From Candidatus Multivorans sp. (GTDB lineage: Bacteria; Acidobacteriota; Thermoanaerobaculia; Multivoradales; Multivoraceae): a stretch of 64,000 bases of DNA. Shown here piece after piece: positions 9,311 through 18,786 of the stretch. A program made the position numbers and the translations under genes. Under the pieces are notes generated by a model that searched no databases, was not told where the DNA came from, and worked only from the letters and a program-made list of their open reading frames with translations. The stretch spans positions 4,096,001 to 4,160,000 of the forward strand of contig OZ245033.1 in assembly GCA_965224025.1 (NCBI GenBank), read 5' to 3'. The first letter of the stretch is position 1. The number at the start of each line of letters is the position of its first letter.

Positions 9311-9634
9311 ATGCCCAAGATCACGTACATAGCCCAGGACGGCAGTTCGCGCGTCGTCGAAGCGCTGGTCGGGGGCACCGTGATGGAGAGTGCGCTCGAC
9401 AATGACGTGGACGGCATCGTCGCCGCGTGCGGCGGTTCCTGCTCCTGCAGCACCTGCCATGTCTACATCGACGAGTCCTGGATCGAGGCCGTTGGTCCTC
9501 GCCATGTTGACGAGGACTTCGTCCTCGAGCAGGGCATCGACGTGCGTGCCAACAGCCGTCTGAGCTGCCAGATCGACGTGACCGAAGCCCTCGACGGCCT
9601 GGTCGTCCACTTGCCCGCCGAACAGGCCGACTAG
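9311..9634 (+). CDS. 2Fe-2S ferredoxin (adrenodoxin/putidaredoxin type)
   Basis: CGGSCSCSTCH and SRLSCQ motifs; GAGGAG RBS. Confidence 0.92.
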   Translation: MPKITYIAQDGSSRVVEALVGGTVMESALDNDVDGIVAACGGSCSCSTCHVYIDESWIEAVGPRHVDEDFVLEQGIDVRANSRLSCQIDVTEALDGLVVHLPAEQAD

Positions 9635-9689
9635 AGGTCGCTTTCGCCGCGGGTCCTCCATTTCCGCCATCCCAAGGAGACAGCACGCC

Positions 9690-10358
9690 ATGACCTTCGA
9701 GCTCACCTTCCTCGGCCATTCCGGTTTCCTGTTCCGCTCCGGCGAGCACGCGCTTGCCGTCGACCCCTTCCTCACCGGCAATCCAGTGGCCACGATGGCA
9801 GCCGGGGATGTCGAGTGCGGCCATATCGCCCTCACCCACGGCCACTCCGACCACTTCGGCGACACGCTGGCCATCGCGCAGGCCAACGGCGCCAACGTGA
9901 TCGCCGCGTTCGAGATGTGCAACTACCTGCAGGAGCTGGGCCACGACAACGTGAATCCGGGCAATCCGGGAGGCCGCATCGACACCAAGTTCGGCTGGGT
10001 CGCGTTCACGCACGCCTTCCACTCGTCCTCGTACGAGGGCCGGTACATGGGCATGCCCTGCGGCCTCGTCGTGAACATGGGCGGCAAGACGGTCTACCAC
10101 TGCGGCGACACCGGCCTGTTCGGCGACATGAAGCTGATCGGCGAGATCTACCGGCCCGACGCCGCCTGCGTCCCGATCGGCGACCGCTTCACGATGGGTC
10201 CGGAGCTCGCTACTCGGGCCGCCGAGATGATCGGAGCGCCGGTCGCGATTCCGATCCACTACGGCACCTGGCCGCCCATCGCCCAGGATCCCACCGACTT
10301 CGCGCCCGCCGGCGTCGAAGTCAAGGTGATGGCGCCGGGCGATACGCTAGCGATCTGA
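9690..10358 (+). CDS. Metal-dependent hydrolase, MBL fold (UPF0173-like)
   Basis: LGHSG, DPFLTGNP, THGHSDH, HSSS, GDTG and PIHY motifs. Confidence 0.88.
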   Translation: MTFELTFLGHSGFLFRSGEHALAVDPFLTGNPVATMAAGDVECGHIALTHGHSDHFGDTLAIAQANGANVIAAFEMCNYLQELGHDNVNPGNPGGRIDTKFGWVAFTHAFHSSSYEGRYMGMPCGLVVNMGGKTVYHCGDTGLFGDMKLIGEIYRPDAACVPIGDRFTMGPELATRAAEMIGAPVAIPIHYGTWPPIAQDPTDFAPAGVEVKVMAPGDTLAI

Positions 10359-10444
10359 CGACGCGCTCCCGCTTCTGCGCCGCGGGCGTGATCCAGCCGC
10401 AACAAGCGCCGCACCGTTCCGTAACAGGAATACAGCAGCCACCC

Positions 10445-11299
10445 ATGCTTCTGTTCGACCATGTCAGCAAGTGCTTCGGCGACCTGCGCGCGGTCAACGA
10501 CCTGTCGTTCGAGCTCGAGGCCGGCGAGGTCTTCGGGCTGCTGGGGCCGAACGGCGCCGGCAAGACGACCGCGATCAACATGGCGGTCGGCCTGCTCGAG
10601 CCGGACGAAGGCGTGGTCCGCTTCCTCGGCTCGACGATCGACCTGGACCCCACCGAGGCGGACAACCGTCGGGCGCTGGGGTTGGCGCCGCAGTCGATCG
10701 CTCTCTACGAAGAGATCAGCGGCGCCGACAACCTGCGCTTCTTCGGCCGGTTGCACGGCCTCAGGGGATCCGACCTGGAAGCGCGCGTCGCCGCCTGTCT
10801 CGACTTCGCCGATCTGACGGACGTCGGGAAGAAAGCAGTCTCCAAGTACTCCGGCGGCATGAAGCGCCGCCTGAACCTGGCGGTCGCCATCATCCACGAT
10901 CCAGACCTGGTGTTGCTCGACGAGCCCACCGTCGGCGTCGACCCCCAATCGAGAAACGCAATCTTCGATCGGGTCGAGCAGCTTCGTGACGACGGCAAGC
11001 AGGTCGTATACACGACTCACTACATGGAAGAGGCGCAGCGCCTATGCGACCGGGTCGCGATCATCGATCGCGGCCGGCTGATGGCGCTCGACGCGGTGCC
11101 GGCCCTGATCGAGGCGCACGGCGGACCGGGCAAACTGGTGGTTCACACCGCCGACGGGGAGACCAGCTTCGAGACGACCGATCCGCTTGGAACGCTCGCC
11201 GAACTCCAGGAGCGGCAAGCGGTCGAGCACTTCCAGTACCGCCCGCCGGACCTCGAGACGGTGTTCTTGAACCTCACTGGCCGCGCCCTGCGGGACTAG
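10445..11299 (+). CDS. ABC-2 type transporter ATP-binding protein
   Basis: GPNGAGKTT, YSGGMKRR, LLDEPT and TTHYMEEA. Confidence 0.92.
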   Translation: MLLFDHVSKCFGDLRAVNDLSFELEAGEVFGLLGPNGAGKTTAINMAVGLLEPDEGVVRFLGSTIDLDPTEADNRRALGLAPQSIALYEEISGADNLRFFGRLHGLRGSDLEARVAACLDFADLTDVGKKAVSKYSGGMKRRLNLAVAIIHDPDLVLLDEPTVGVDPQSRNAIFDRVEQLRDDGKQVVYTTHYMEEAQRLCDRVAIIDRGRLMALDAVPALIEAHGGPGKLVVHTADGETSFETTDPLGTLAELQERQAVEHFQYRPPDLETVFLNLTGRALRD

Positions 11300-11321
11300 G
11301 CCCAAGCGCCGGGAGAACGCC

Positions 11322-12605
11322 GTGAGAACTATCGTCGCCATGGCCGCGAAGGACATCAAGATCCTCTTCCGGGACAAGCTGGGCTTCTTCTTCATGGTCT
11401 TCTTCCCGTTGATGATGGCGATCTTCTTCGGCGCCATGTTTGCCAACCTGAGCCGCGGGCCGGCGAGCATTCCGGTCGCGCTCGTCGACGAGGACCGGAC
11501 CTCCGGTTCGGAACGCTTCGTCACCCGGCTCGAAGGCGCCAGCGGGCTCGATCTGGAGCAGATTCCACGCGAGCAGGCCCTCAACCAGGTTCGTCGCGGC
11601 CAAACCGCCGTCATGGTCACCCTGAGTCCCGGGTTCGGGGCCGCGCTGGACAACCCATTCCAGACGACTCCCCAGGTCGAACTCACCGTCGATCCCACGC
11701 AGTTCGCCGCTGCCGGGATGCTCCGCGGCATCCTGCTCGAGGCCGCAGGAGCGGAGTTGCAGGCGCTGATGAGCGACCCTACGCGCATCCAGACAGCCAA
11801 CGAACAGAACAGCCGCCTTATCCAGCAGTTCTCGCCCCCTTCGCCCGCGCGCGACGACTTCCTGACCTTCATCAACCTCTCGTCCCGCGTGCCGTCGCTG
11901 ATCGAACAACTCGGTCTGGACGGCGCCACGACCGACGCCGTCACCGGTGCGTTCGGCCCCCCTCTCGAGGTCGAACAGACCCAAGTCCAGGCGGAGCAAC
12001 GCGGCCCAACCAACTCCTACGCCACGTCCTTCGCGCAGGCAATGCTCTGGACGCTGATCGGCGGATCCGTGTCCTTCAGCATGTCGATCGCGATCGAACG
12101 CAGTCGCGGCACGCTGATGCGCCTGCTCGTGTCCCCGATCACCAACCGTCACCTGCTGGCGGCGAAGGGCCTGGCCTGCCTGGCCACGATCCTGACGACC
12201 AGCACCGCCATGATCACGCTCGGGATCACCGTGTTCGGGGTGAAACCCACCTCCTATCCCTTGCTGGCTCTGGCGCTTCTGTGCGGTTCGATCTGCTTTT
12301 GCGGCATCATGATGGCCTTGAGCGTGATCGGTCGCACGGAACAGGTGGCGGCCGGAGTCGGTTGGGGTCTTTCGCTCCCGCTGTCCATGCTCGGCGGCGG
12401 CATGGTTCCCCTGTTCCTGATGCCCGAGTGGATGCAGCGCCTCGGCAGCGTCAGCCCGATGAAGTGGGCGTTGGTAGCGTATGAGGGCGCGATCTGGCGC
12501 GGCTTCACCATGAACGAGATGCTGCTGCCCTGCACGGTGCTGGTGGTCATCGGAGTCGTCGCCTTCACCATCGGCGCCAGGTACCTGCGCTGGGAGACCG
12601 GCTGA
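11322..12605 (+). CDS. ABC-2 type transporter permease
   Basis: KDIKILFRDK start, N-terminal TM, periplasmic loop, ERSRGTL and five C-terminal TMs. Confidence 0.88.
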   Translation: MRTIVAMAAKDIKILFRDKLGFFFMVFFPLMMAIFFGAMFANLSRGPASIPVALVDEDRTSGSERFVTRLEGASGLDLEQIPREQALNQVRRGQTAVMVTLSPGFGAALDNPFQTTPQVELTVDPTQFAAAGMLRGILLEAAGAELQALMSDPTRIQTANEQNSRLIQQFSPPSPARDDFLTFINLSSRVPSLIEQLGLDGATTDAVTGAFGPPLEVEQTQVQAEQRGPTNSYATSFAQAMLWTLIGGSVSFSMSIAIERSRGTLMRLLVSPITNRHLLAAKGLACLATILTTSTAMITLGITVFGVKPTSYPLLALALLCGSICFCGIMMALSVIGRTEQVAAGVGWGLSLPLSMLGGGMVPLFLMPEWMQRLGSVSPMKWALVAYEGAIWRGFTMNEMLLPCTVLVVIGVVAFTIGARYLRWETG

Positions 12606-12609
12606 GCCC

Positions 12610-13533
12610 TTGACCGCACCCCTGCTCGTTATCGGCTCGGTCAACTACGACCTGATCTTCCGGCATCCGCGGCTGCCCCGGCAGGGCGAGACGATCGCGG
12701 GCGCGGAGCTCTTCGAATCCTGCGGCGGCAAGGGGGCGAACCAGGCGATCGCCGCCGTCCGCAGCCGCGGAGCACTCGGCGAGGCGGCGAGCCCCGTCTC
12801 GTTCGTTGGCGCCGTCGGCGACGACGCCAACGGCGGCGCCCAACGCTCGGTGTTCGCCGAGGATGACCTCGACACCCAACACCTGCTGGTCCTCGACGAC
12901 ATCCACACCGGCCTGTCCGCGGTCTGGGTCGAGGCCGGCAGCGGCGACAACCGGATCATGAACTCGCCGGGGGCCAACACCCTGTTGACTGCCGAGGCCC
13001 TGGCCGCAGTCCCGATCGAAGAGGCAGGGCTGCTCCTGCTCCAGAACGAGACGCCAGCCGACGGCGTCCGCAGCGCCGTCAAGCGAGCCGCCCGCGCCGG
13101 CGTGCCGGTGATCTGGAACCCGGCGCCCATCGACGAGCGGAACGACCCCGGTCTCGACCTGGGCCAGATCGCCTGGGTGACACCCAACGAGGTCGAATGC
13201 GCGGTGCTTCTCGGCCGGGCGGGCGAGCGGATCGATGCCCGCAGCGCCGCCGATGCCGCCGCGGAGCTGCTGGCGATGGGCTACGGCGGCGCTGCTCTGA
13301 CCCTGGGCGCCGCCGGCGTGATGTTGGCGGAACCGGGAACGGCCCCGACTTTGATTGCTGCGCCGGAAGTCGAGGCCGTCGACACGACCGGCGCCGGCGA
13401 CGCCTTCAACGGCGCGTTTGCCGCGGCCCTGCTGGTGTCTTCCGACAGCCGCAAGGCCGTGGATTTCGGTGTCCGCTACGCGAGCGACTCGGTGACCCGG
13501 CACGGGACCCAAACCTCCTTCGCGCGCTGGTAG
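12610..13533 (+). CDS. rbsK: Ribokinase (PfkB family)
   Basis: GSVNYD, GGKGANQA, QNE, NPAP, PNEVE and DTTGAGDAF. Confidence 0.82.
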   Translation: MTAPLLVIGSVNYDLIFRHPRLPRQGETIAGAELFESCGGKGANQAIAAVRSRGALGEAASPVSFVGAVGDDANGGAQRSVFAEDDLDTQHLLVLDDIHTGLSAVWVEAGSGDNRIMNSPGANTLLTAEALAAVPIEEAGLLLLQNETPADGVRSAVKRAARAGVPVIWNPAPIDERNDPGLDLGQIAWVTPNEVECAVLLGRAGERIDARSAADAAAELLAMGYGGAALTLGAAGVMLAEPGTAPTLIAAPEVEAVDTTGAGDAFNGAFAAALLVSSDSRKAVDFGVRYASDSVTRHGTQTSFARW

Positions 13534-13542
13534 CGTCACGCG

Positions 13543-14838
13543 GTGGTCAGCCGCTCCGCCGCCGAACTCGCCCTGCTGGGGGGCACTCCCGTCCGCAGCA
13601 AGCCGTGGCCCCAGTGGCCAGGACGCGGGCCGGAAGAGGAACGCGCCGTCATCGCCGCAATCCGCGAAGGCGACTGGGGCGGCTTCCCGCTTCCCAACGA
13701 TCGCGCCGAAGCCTTCGGCCGGGCGTTCGCCGATCGCCACGACTGCGCTCATGCCCTGTGCGTCGCGAACGGCACGGTTTCCCTCGAAGTAGCGCTCCAG
13801 GCGATGGGCGTCGAGCCCGGCGCCGAGGTCATCGTGCCCGCCTACACCTTCGAAGCGACCGCCTCGGCGGCCCTGTTCGCCGGCTGCGCGCCCGTGTTCG
13901 CCGACATCGACCCGAACAGCTACTGCATTGACGTCAGCGCGGCGGAGGCCCTGATCACGGAGCGCACGCAGGCGATCGTGCCGGTCCACCTGGCGATGAC
14001 CGTCGCCGATCTGGGCTCGATAGGAGCGCTCGCCGAGAAGCACGGACTCGCCGTTCTCGAAGACTGCGCCCACGCCCATGGCGCCCGCTGGCGGGGCCGC
14101 GGCGTCGGTTCCTGGGGCGACGCGGGGTCGTTCAGCTTCCAGAGTTCGAAGCTGATGACCGCGGGTGAAGGCGGCATCGTGACGACTTCCGATGATGCGG
14201 TCCTGGACCGTCTGCACGCCCTGGTGAACTGCGGCCGGCAGCGACCGGGGGCTGCAGCGACCGCCGCCGTGATCGGGCACAACTACCGGATGACCGACGT
14301 TCAGGCCGCAATCCTCGATGTTCAGCTCCGACGGCTCGACCGCCAGCACGAGATCCGGACGGCCAATGCCGAGCGCCTACGAGCGGCCATCGACGAGATC
14401 CCGGGGCTCACGAACCTGCGGATCGATCAGCGCGTCACCACCCAGGCCATCTACCAGTTCGTCTTCCGGTTCGACGGCGGCGCGTTCGCCGGCATCGATC
14501 GAGACGTCTTCGTCGCCGCGCTCGAGGCCGAGGGCGTACCGGCCGACGGCCGCTTCTATGAGGCGTTGCCCAGGAGCGAGCTCCTCCGGCCCGACGCGGC
14601 CCGCTACCCGGCGTGGAGCGCGGCCCTCGCCCGAACGCCGCCCGCGGATTGCCCGAACGCCGTGCGCGCCGCCTACCGGGAGTCCGTCTGGCTACCCCAC
14701 CAGCTCCTGCTGGGGAATGCCGACGATGTCGACGACATCGTCGAGGCGGTGCTCAAGGTGCAGAACGGCGCCGCCGGTCTGGCCGGTGTCGAGGCGGCCG
14801 AGATCGAGCGGCGCCGGCAGGCAAGATCGGCGCGGTAG
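13543..14838 (+). CDS. DegT/DnrJ/EryC1/StrS PLP aminotransferase (StsC/BtrR/RifK-like)
   Basis: NGTVSL, EDCAHAHG, FSFQSSKLMTAGEGG and NYRMT. Confidence 0.88.
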   Translation: MVSRSAAELALLGGTPVRSKPWPQWPGRGPEEERAVIAAIREGDWGGFPLPNDRAEAFGRAFADRHDCAHALCVANGTVSLEVALQAMGVEPGAEVIVPAYTFEATASAALFAGCAPVFADIDPNSYCIDVSAAEALITERTQAIVPVHLAMTVADLGSIGALAEKHGLAVLEDCAHAHGARWRGRGVGSWGDAGSFSFQSSKLMTAGEGGIVTTSDDAVLDRLHALVNCGRQRPGAAATAAVIGHNYRMTDVQAAILDVQLRRLDRQHEIRTANAERLRAAIDEIPGLTNLRIDQRVTTQAIYQFVFRFDGGAFAGIDRDVFVAALEAEGVPADGRFYEALPRSELLRPDAARYPAWSAALARTPPADCPNAVRAAYRESVWLPHQLLLGNADDVDDIVEAVLKVQNGAAGLAGVEAAEIERRRQARSAR

Positions 14839-14962
14839 GCCGCTTCGCCGCAGCGCTATGCCGGCGAGCCGCCCGCGTCCCCGGGGATCACGGATGCCGG
14901 CCAGGAGGCCGGCGCACGCAGCAGGGCGCGATCCGACCTCAACCCAGGCCGGCGATGGCTCG

Positions 14963-16231
14963 TTACGCCCAGATCAGCGTGCCGGTGCTCTGCCCGAACG
15001 CGTCCGTCTCGACGCCGATGCCCTGCAGCATGGTCACGTACAGGTTGCACAGCGGCGCGTTGTGCTTGCCTTCGTGGACGATGTGCCGGCCGTGGCTGAA
15101 GCCGCCGCCGGCGACGAGGATCGGCAGGTCCTTCGGCTCGTGCGAGTTCGCGTTGCCCAGGTTGCTGCCGAACAGGACCGTTGTCTGGTCGAGGAGCGAA
15201 CCGTTGCCGTCGCTGCGCTCGCCGAGGTCGGTCAACAGGTCGGAGAAGCCCTCGACGATCCCGGTCTCGATCTTCTTGAGCTGTGCGATCTTCGCCGGGT
15301 CCTGGCCGTGATGCGACAGGCTGTGCTGGTCGAAGTTCACGCCCGGAACGTCGATCACGACGCCGTGATCCTGGATCATCAGGCTGATGACCCGGGACGA
15401 GTCGGTCTCGAGGATCAGCGGGATCATCCGGAACATGAGCTTGACGCGGCCGATCAGGTCGGAGCGGGAGGGAATGTCGGTGGGCGCCTGCGCATCCACC
15501 ACCGGCTTCGGCTTCTGCCGCCACGCCTGGACCTCGGCGAGGTCCAGTTCGGCTGTGCGCACCGCGTTGTAGTACGCGTCCAGTTTCGTCTGATCGGCCA
15601 GACTCACCCGCCGGCGCAGCGACGCGGTCTGCGACTTGAGCCGGTCCAGGATGCTGCCGCCATCGTTCAGGCTCTGCTTCTCGCGCTGGACTTCCTCGGG
15701 CGTGCCCTGCAGGAACAACTGGCGGAACAGGTTCTCCGGGCTGGTCTCCGCCGGCACCATGGCGCCGCTGCTGGTGTACGACTGGCTCTGTTGCGCCGCC
15801 GTGCCGAGCACGACCGACGGGAAACGGGTGGTGTAGCCCAGATGACTTGCCGCCACCTGGTCCATCGAGATCGTGTTGCGGAACCCGTCGAGGCCGGGGC
15901 GGCGAGCCGCGGTCAGGAACGTGACCTCCGAGTTGTGCGGCTGCCGTCCCGTCTGGTCCTCGTGCGAGAAGCCCGTAAACAGAGTGAAGTTCGAGCGGTG
16001 CTTCTCGAGCAGCGACAGGTACTCCGTCGTCTCGTAGCCGTCTCCGGCGGTCTTGGGGAACCAGGCCTCGCGGTACAGACCGAGGGTGTTGCAGATGTTG
16101 ACCATCCGCCGCGGCCCGGTGGCCGCGGCATGGGCCAGCCTCGGGGTCATCGACTCGAGCATGGGCAAGGCGAGAGCCACGCCCGAGGCGCGCAGGAAGG
16201 TGCGGCGGTCCAGAGGTCGGGTCAGGTTCAT
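14963..16231 (-). CDS. DUF1552 domain protein (twin-Arg start)
   Basis: LDRRTFLRASGVALALPMLESM start; SMDQVAA, HSLSHH and GSNLGNANSH motifs. Confidence 0.82.
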   Translation of the reverse strand: MNLTRPLDRRTFLRASGVALALPMLESMTPRLAHAAATGPRRMVNICNTLGLYREAWFPKTAGDGYETTEYLSLLEKHRSNFTLFTGFSHEDQTGRQPHNSEVTFLTAARRPGLDGFRNTISMDQVAASHLGYTTRFPSVVLGTAAQQSQSYTSSGAMVPAETSPENLFRQLFLQGTPEEVQREKQSLNDGGSILDRLKSQTASLRRRVSLADQTKLDAYYNAVRTAELDLAEVQAWRQKPKPVVDAQAPTDIPSRSDLIGRVKLMFRMIPLILETDSSRVISLMIQDHGVVIDVPGVNFDQHSLSHHGQDPAKIAQLKKIETGIVEGFSDLLTDLGERSDGNGSLLDQTTVLFGSNLGNANSHEPKDLPILVAGGGFSHGRHIVHEGKHNAPLCNLYVTMLQGIGVETDAFGQSTGTLIWA

Positions 16232-16233
16232 CG

Positions 16234-18672
16234 CTAGCGGCTCCTGAAGAGGTCGCTCTGCGTGACCTCGTGAATCATCGTTCTGAACGGGTACCCGCCG
16301 CCGAGCTTCGCCACGACTTCCTCGACGCCGTCCCGGTCCGCGAACTCGATCTCGGCGCCGGTCGAGTAGACGAGGAGCTGGGACACGAAGTGGCGCGCCA
16401 CCTGCTCCACGTCCCTGCCAAGCAGCCGCTTGTACTCCTCGATCCCGGTGAAGGGCTCGCCGTCGGCCGTGACGCCGGTGGCATCGACCGGGAGTCCCTG
16501 CTTGTACGGCAACGCGTAGCTGTACCCATCCGGGGTCGTGCCTTCGCCGCCAGCCGCCCGGTAGCGGGTGCGGAAGCCGCCGATCGGGTCGAAGGACTCG
16601 AGCGCGAACCCGGGCGGATCGATCACCCGGTGGCAACTGTTGCAGACCGGCTCGTTGCGATGCTTCGCCAACTGCTCCCGGATCGTCGTCGCCCCGCGCG
16701 TGTCCGGTTCGAGCGCGTTGACGCTCTCGGGCGGCGGCGGCGCCGGCTGTCCGAGCAGGTTCGCCAGCACGAAGTTGCCGCGCGGAATCGGCGAAGTGAT
16801 CGTGCCGTTGGCCGTGATCTTGTGGATGCTCGCCTGGGTGATGAGCCCGCCGCGAGCGCTGTCCGGCGGCAGCTTCACCTTGCGCATGTGCTGGCCCTCG
16901 ATCCCGGGCACGCCGTAGTGCTCGGCGAGACGCCGGTTGAGAAAGGTGAAGTCGGCGTCGATCAGGCGCCCCACGCCGTGGTCTTCGGCGACCAGTTCGG
17001 CCAGGAACAGCTCCGTCTCCTGGGCCATCGCCTTCCCCAGGCGGTCGTCGTACTCGGGATAGAGGCTGGCGTCGGGACTCGTCGCATTCAACTCGTAGAG
17101 TCGGAACGCCTGGCCCGCGAAGTCCTGGATGAATCGCTCGGCCTTCGGGTCGTCGAGCAGGCGGTCGACCTGGGACGCGAAGGCGGCCGGGTCGGACAGC
17201 TTGCCGTCGGCTGCTGTGGCCAGCAGTTCGCCGTCCGGCATGCTCCGCCACAGGAAGTAGGAGAGGCGGGACGCCAGCGCGAAGTCGTCCAGCCGTCCCG
17301 GGTCCCCTGCCTGGAAGAGGAAGGGCGGCGCGCTGAGGATGGCCCGGAGCGGAACGCGAACCGCGTCGATGAAGGGGCGGGAATCCCCCAGCATCGGCTG
17401 GGCCAGGCTCGCGTAGGCCTCGAGTTCGCCCTCCACGAGGGGGCGCCGGAACGCGAGAGGCGCAAAGCGCGCGACGATGTCGGCGATGTGCTCGTAGGGC
17501 GCCTTCGTGAGGCGCAACCCGCCCTCGTCATCGAACTCGACGCCGACCAGAAGTTCGCGGGTGCTCGGCGGCGGCCACGACTCGAACAGCGGCCCCTCGA
17601 TCGTCATCGAGCGGAGCGCGATCCCCTCGCCCTTGTAGTTCTCGACCGTGTGTTCCGGGGCGTAGTAGTTGGTGTAGTCGATTCGTTCCGCATCGGCCAG
17701 CGACGGAGCGAGGATGTCGTTGGGCCGCAGGTAGGTCTCGACCTGAACCGTCCGGGGCGTCTCGCCGATCAGATCGTAGGAGAGGAGCATCTCCTCGAGC
17801 GCGGCGGCGGCCGCCTGCTTGGTACCTCGATAGAGCGTGAGCGTCACCGGGGTATCCGCCTGATACGCCCACCCTTCGATCGTGGCGCGATAGCGGCCGG
17901 CATATGGCACGTTGTAGCCCTCGGTCTCACTGTGCATCAGGTATGTCGCGCCGCCATCGAAGAACATGACCGCCGCATCGTCGAGCATCTTGATGATCCC
18001 GCCGCCCAGGATCTCCGCCTTGCTCATGTACGTGAGATAGGTCGAGTCCGCGTAGGCGATCTCGCGCCGGCCGGCGGCAGGCCGCGGCCCGATCTTGATC
18101 GCCTCGTCCAGGGCCCGGTCCGCGGCTTCCAGGTAGCTCCGCACGTGGAGCGGCGACATGCTCTGGTTTGCCGCCACGGTGTCGAAACCACCCGAGTCGG
18201 CCTCGGCCGGCAGGGCCTGGCTCAGTTCCATGGCCGCCGCCTCGTCGATGGCGAGCAGATCCTGAATCGTGTAGGCGTACTCGAGCCGGGTCAGGCGCCG
18301 GAGCGGCGCACGCTGCCCACCGCGGCGCTCGAGATTCGCGTCTACCAGCGCCGTCTTGAGCGACGCAAGCGCGGCCTCGATCAGCTCGGGCTCGGGCTCG
18401 GGCGCCTCGGGAGGCGGCATCTCGCCGTTCGCAATCCGGTCGTGGATGCGCTGCCAGGCACGGAACGTCCTGGCGTCCGAGAGATCCTGACTGAGACGGG
18501 GAATGCTGAGCGGCGTCGCGGTACGGCCCCCGTGACACCGGATGCAGGAACGGTCGACCAGTGGCGCCACGCCCTCGAAGAACGTCGCGGCCTCTCCGGG
18601 GCCCTGGGCGAGGGCGACCGGTACGAAGACCAGGAGCGGCACGACGGCGGCCGCGAAACGTCTGGGGACCAT
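16234..18672 (-). CDS. DUF1592/DUF1588 (PSD/PSCyt) protein with c-type heme motifs
   Basis: Signal peptide, CIRCH, MPP, RRLTRLEY, LASRLSYFLWRSMPD, CNSCH and DPPGFALE. Confidence 0.85.
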   Translation of the reverse strand: MVPRRFAAAVVPLLVFVPVALAQGPGEAATFFEGVAPLVDRSCIRCHGGRTATPLSIPRLSQDLSDARTFRAWQRIHDRIANGEMPPPEAPEPEPELIEAALASLKTALVDANLERRGGQRAPLRRLTRLEYAYTIQDLLAIDEAAAMELSQALPAEADSGGFDTVAANQSMSPLHVRSYLEAADRALDEAIKIGPRPAAGRREIAYADSTYLTYMSKAEILGGGIIKMLDDAAVMFFDGGATYLMHSETEGYNVPYAGRYRATIEGWAYQADTPVTLTLYRGTKQAAAAALEEMLLSYDLIGETPRTVQVETYLRPNDILAPSLADAERIDYTNYYAPEHTVENYKGEGIALRSMTIEGPLFESWPPPSTRELLVGVEFDDEGGLRLTKAPYEHIADIVARFAPLAFRRPLVEGELEAYASLAQPMLGDSRPFIDAVRVPLRAILSAPPFLFQAGDPGRLDDFALASRLSYFLWRSMPDGELLATAADGKLSDPAAFASQVDRLLDDPKAERFIQDFAGQAFRLYELNATSPDASLYPEYDDRLGKAMAQETELFLAELVAEDHGVGRLIDADFTFLNRRLAEHYGVPGIEGQHMRKVKLPPDSARGGLITQASIHKITANGTITSPIPRGNFVLANLLGQPAPPPPESVNALEPDTRGATTIREQLAKHRNEPVCNSCHRVIDPPGFALESFDPIGGFRTRYRAAGGEGTTPDGYSYALPYKQGLPVDATGVTADGEPFTGIEEYKRLLGRDVEQVARHFVSQLLVYSTGAEIEFADRDGVEEVVAKLGGGYPFRTMIHEVTQSDLFRSR

Positions 18673-18786
18673 CGTTCTACTCTCCAGCTTTGGCACACTC
18701 CAACTACGGCCGCCGGACGGCGGAACCACGATCTCTGGTACGCGAACTTGCGGAGGGAGTTTAGCAGCAGCCCGCCGAAGTCCCGG

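Noticed and set aside
14963-17251. 762-aa N-terminally extended DUF1552 ORF (likewise extensions of 7273, 9815, 25954, 59769)
   Set aside because: The extensions overlap other real genes or leaders and are low-complexity; family starts are visible downstream.
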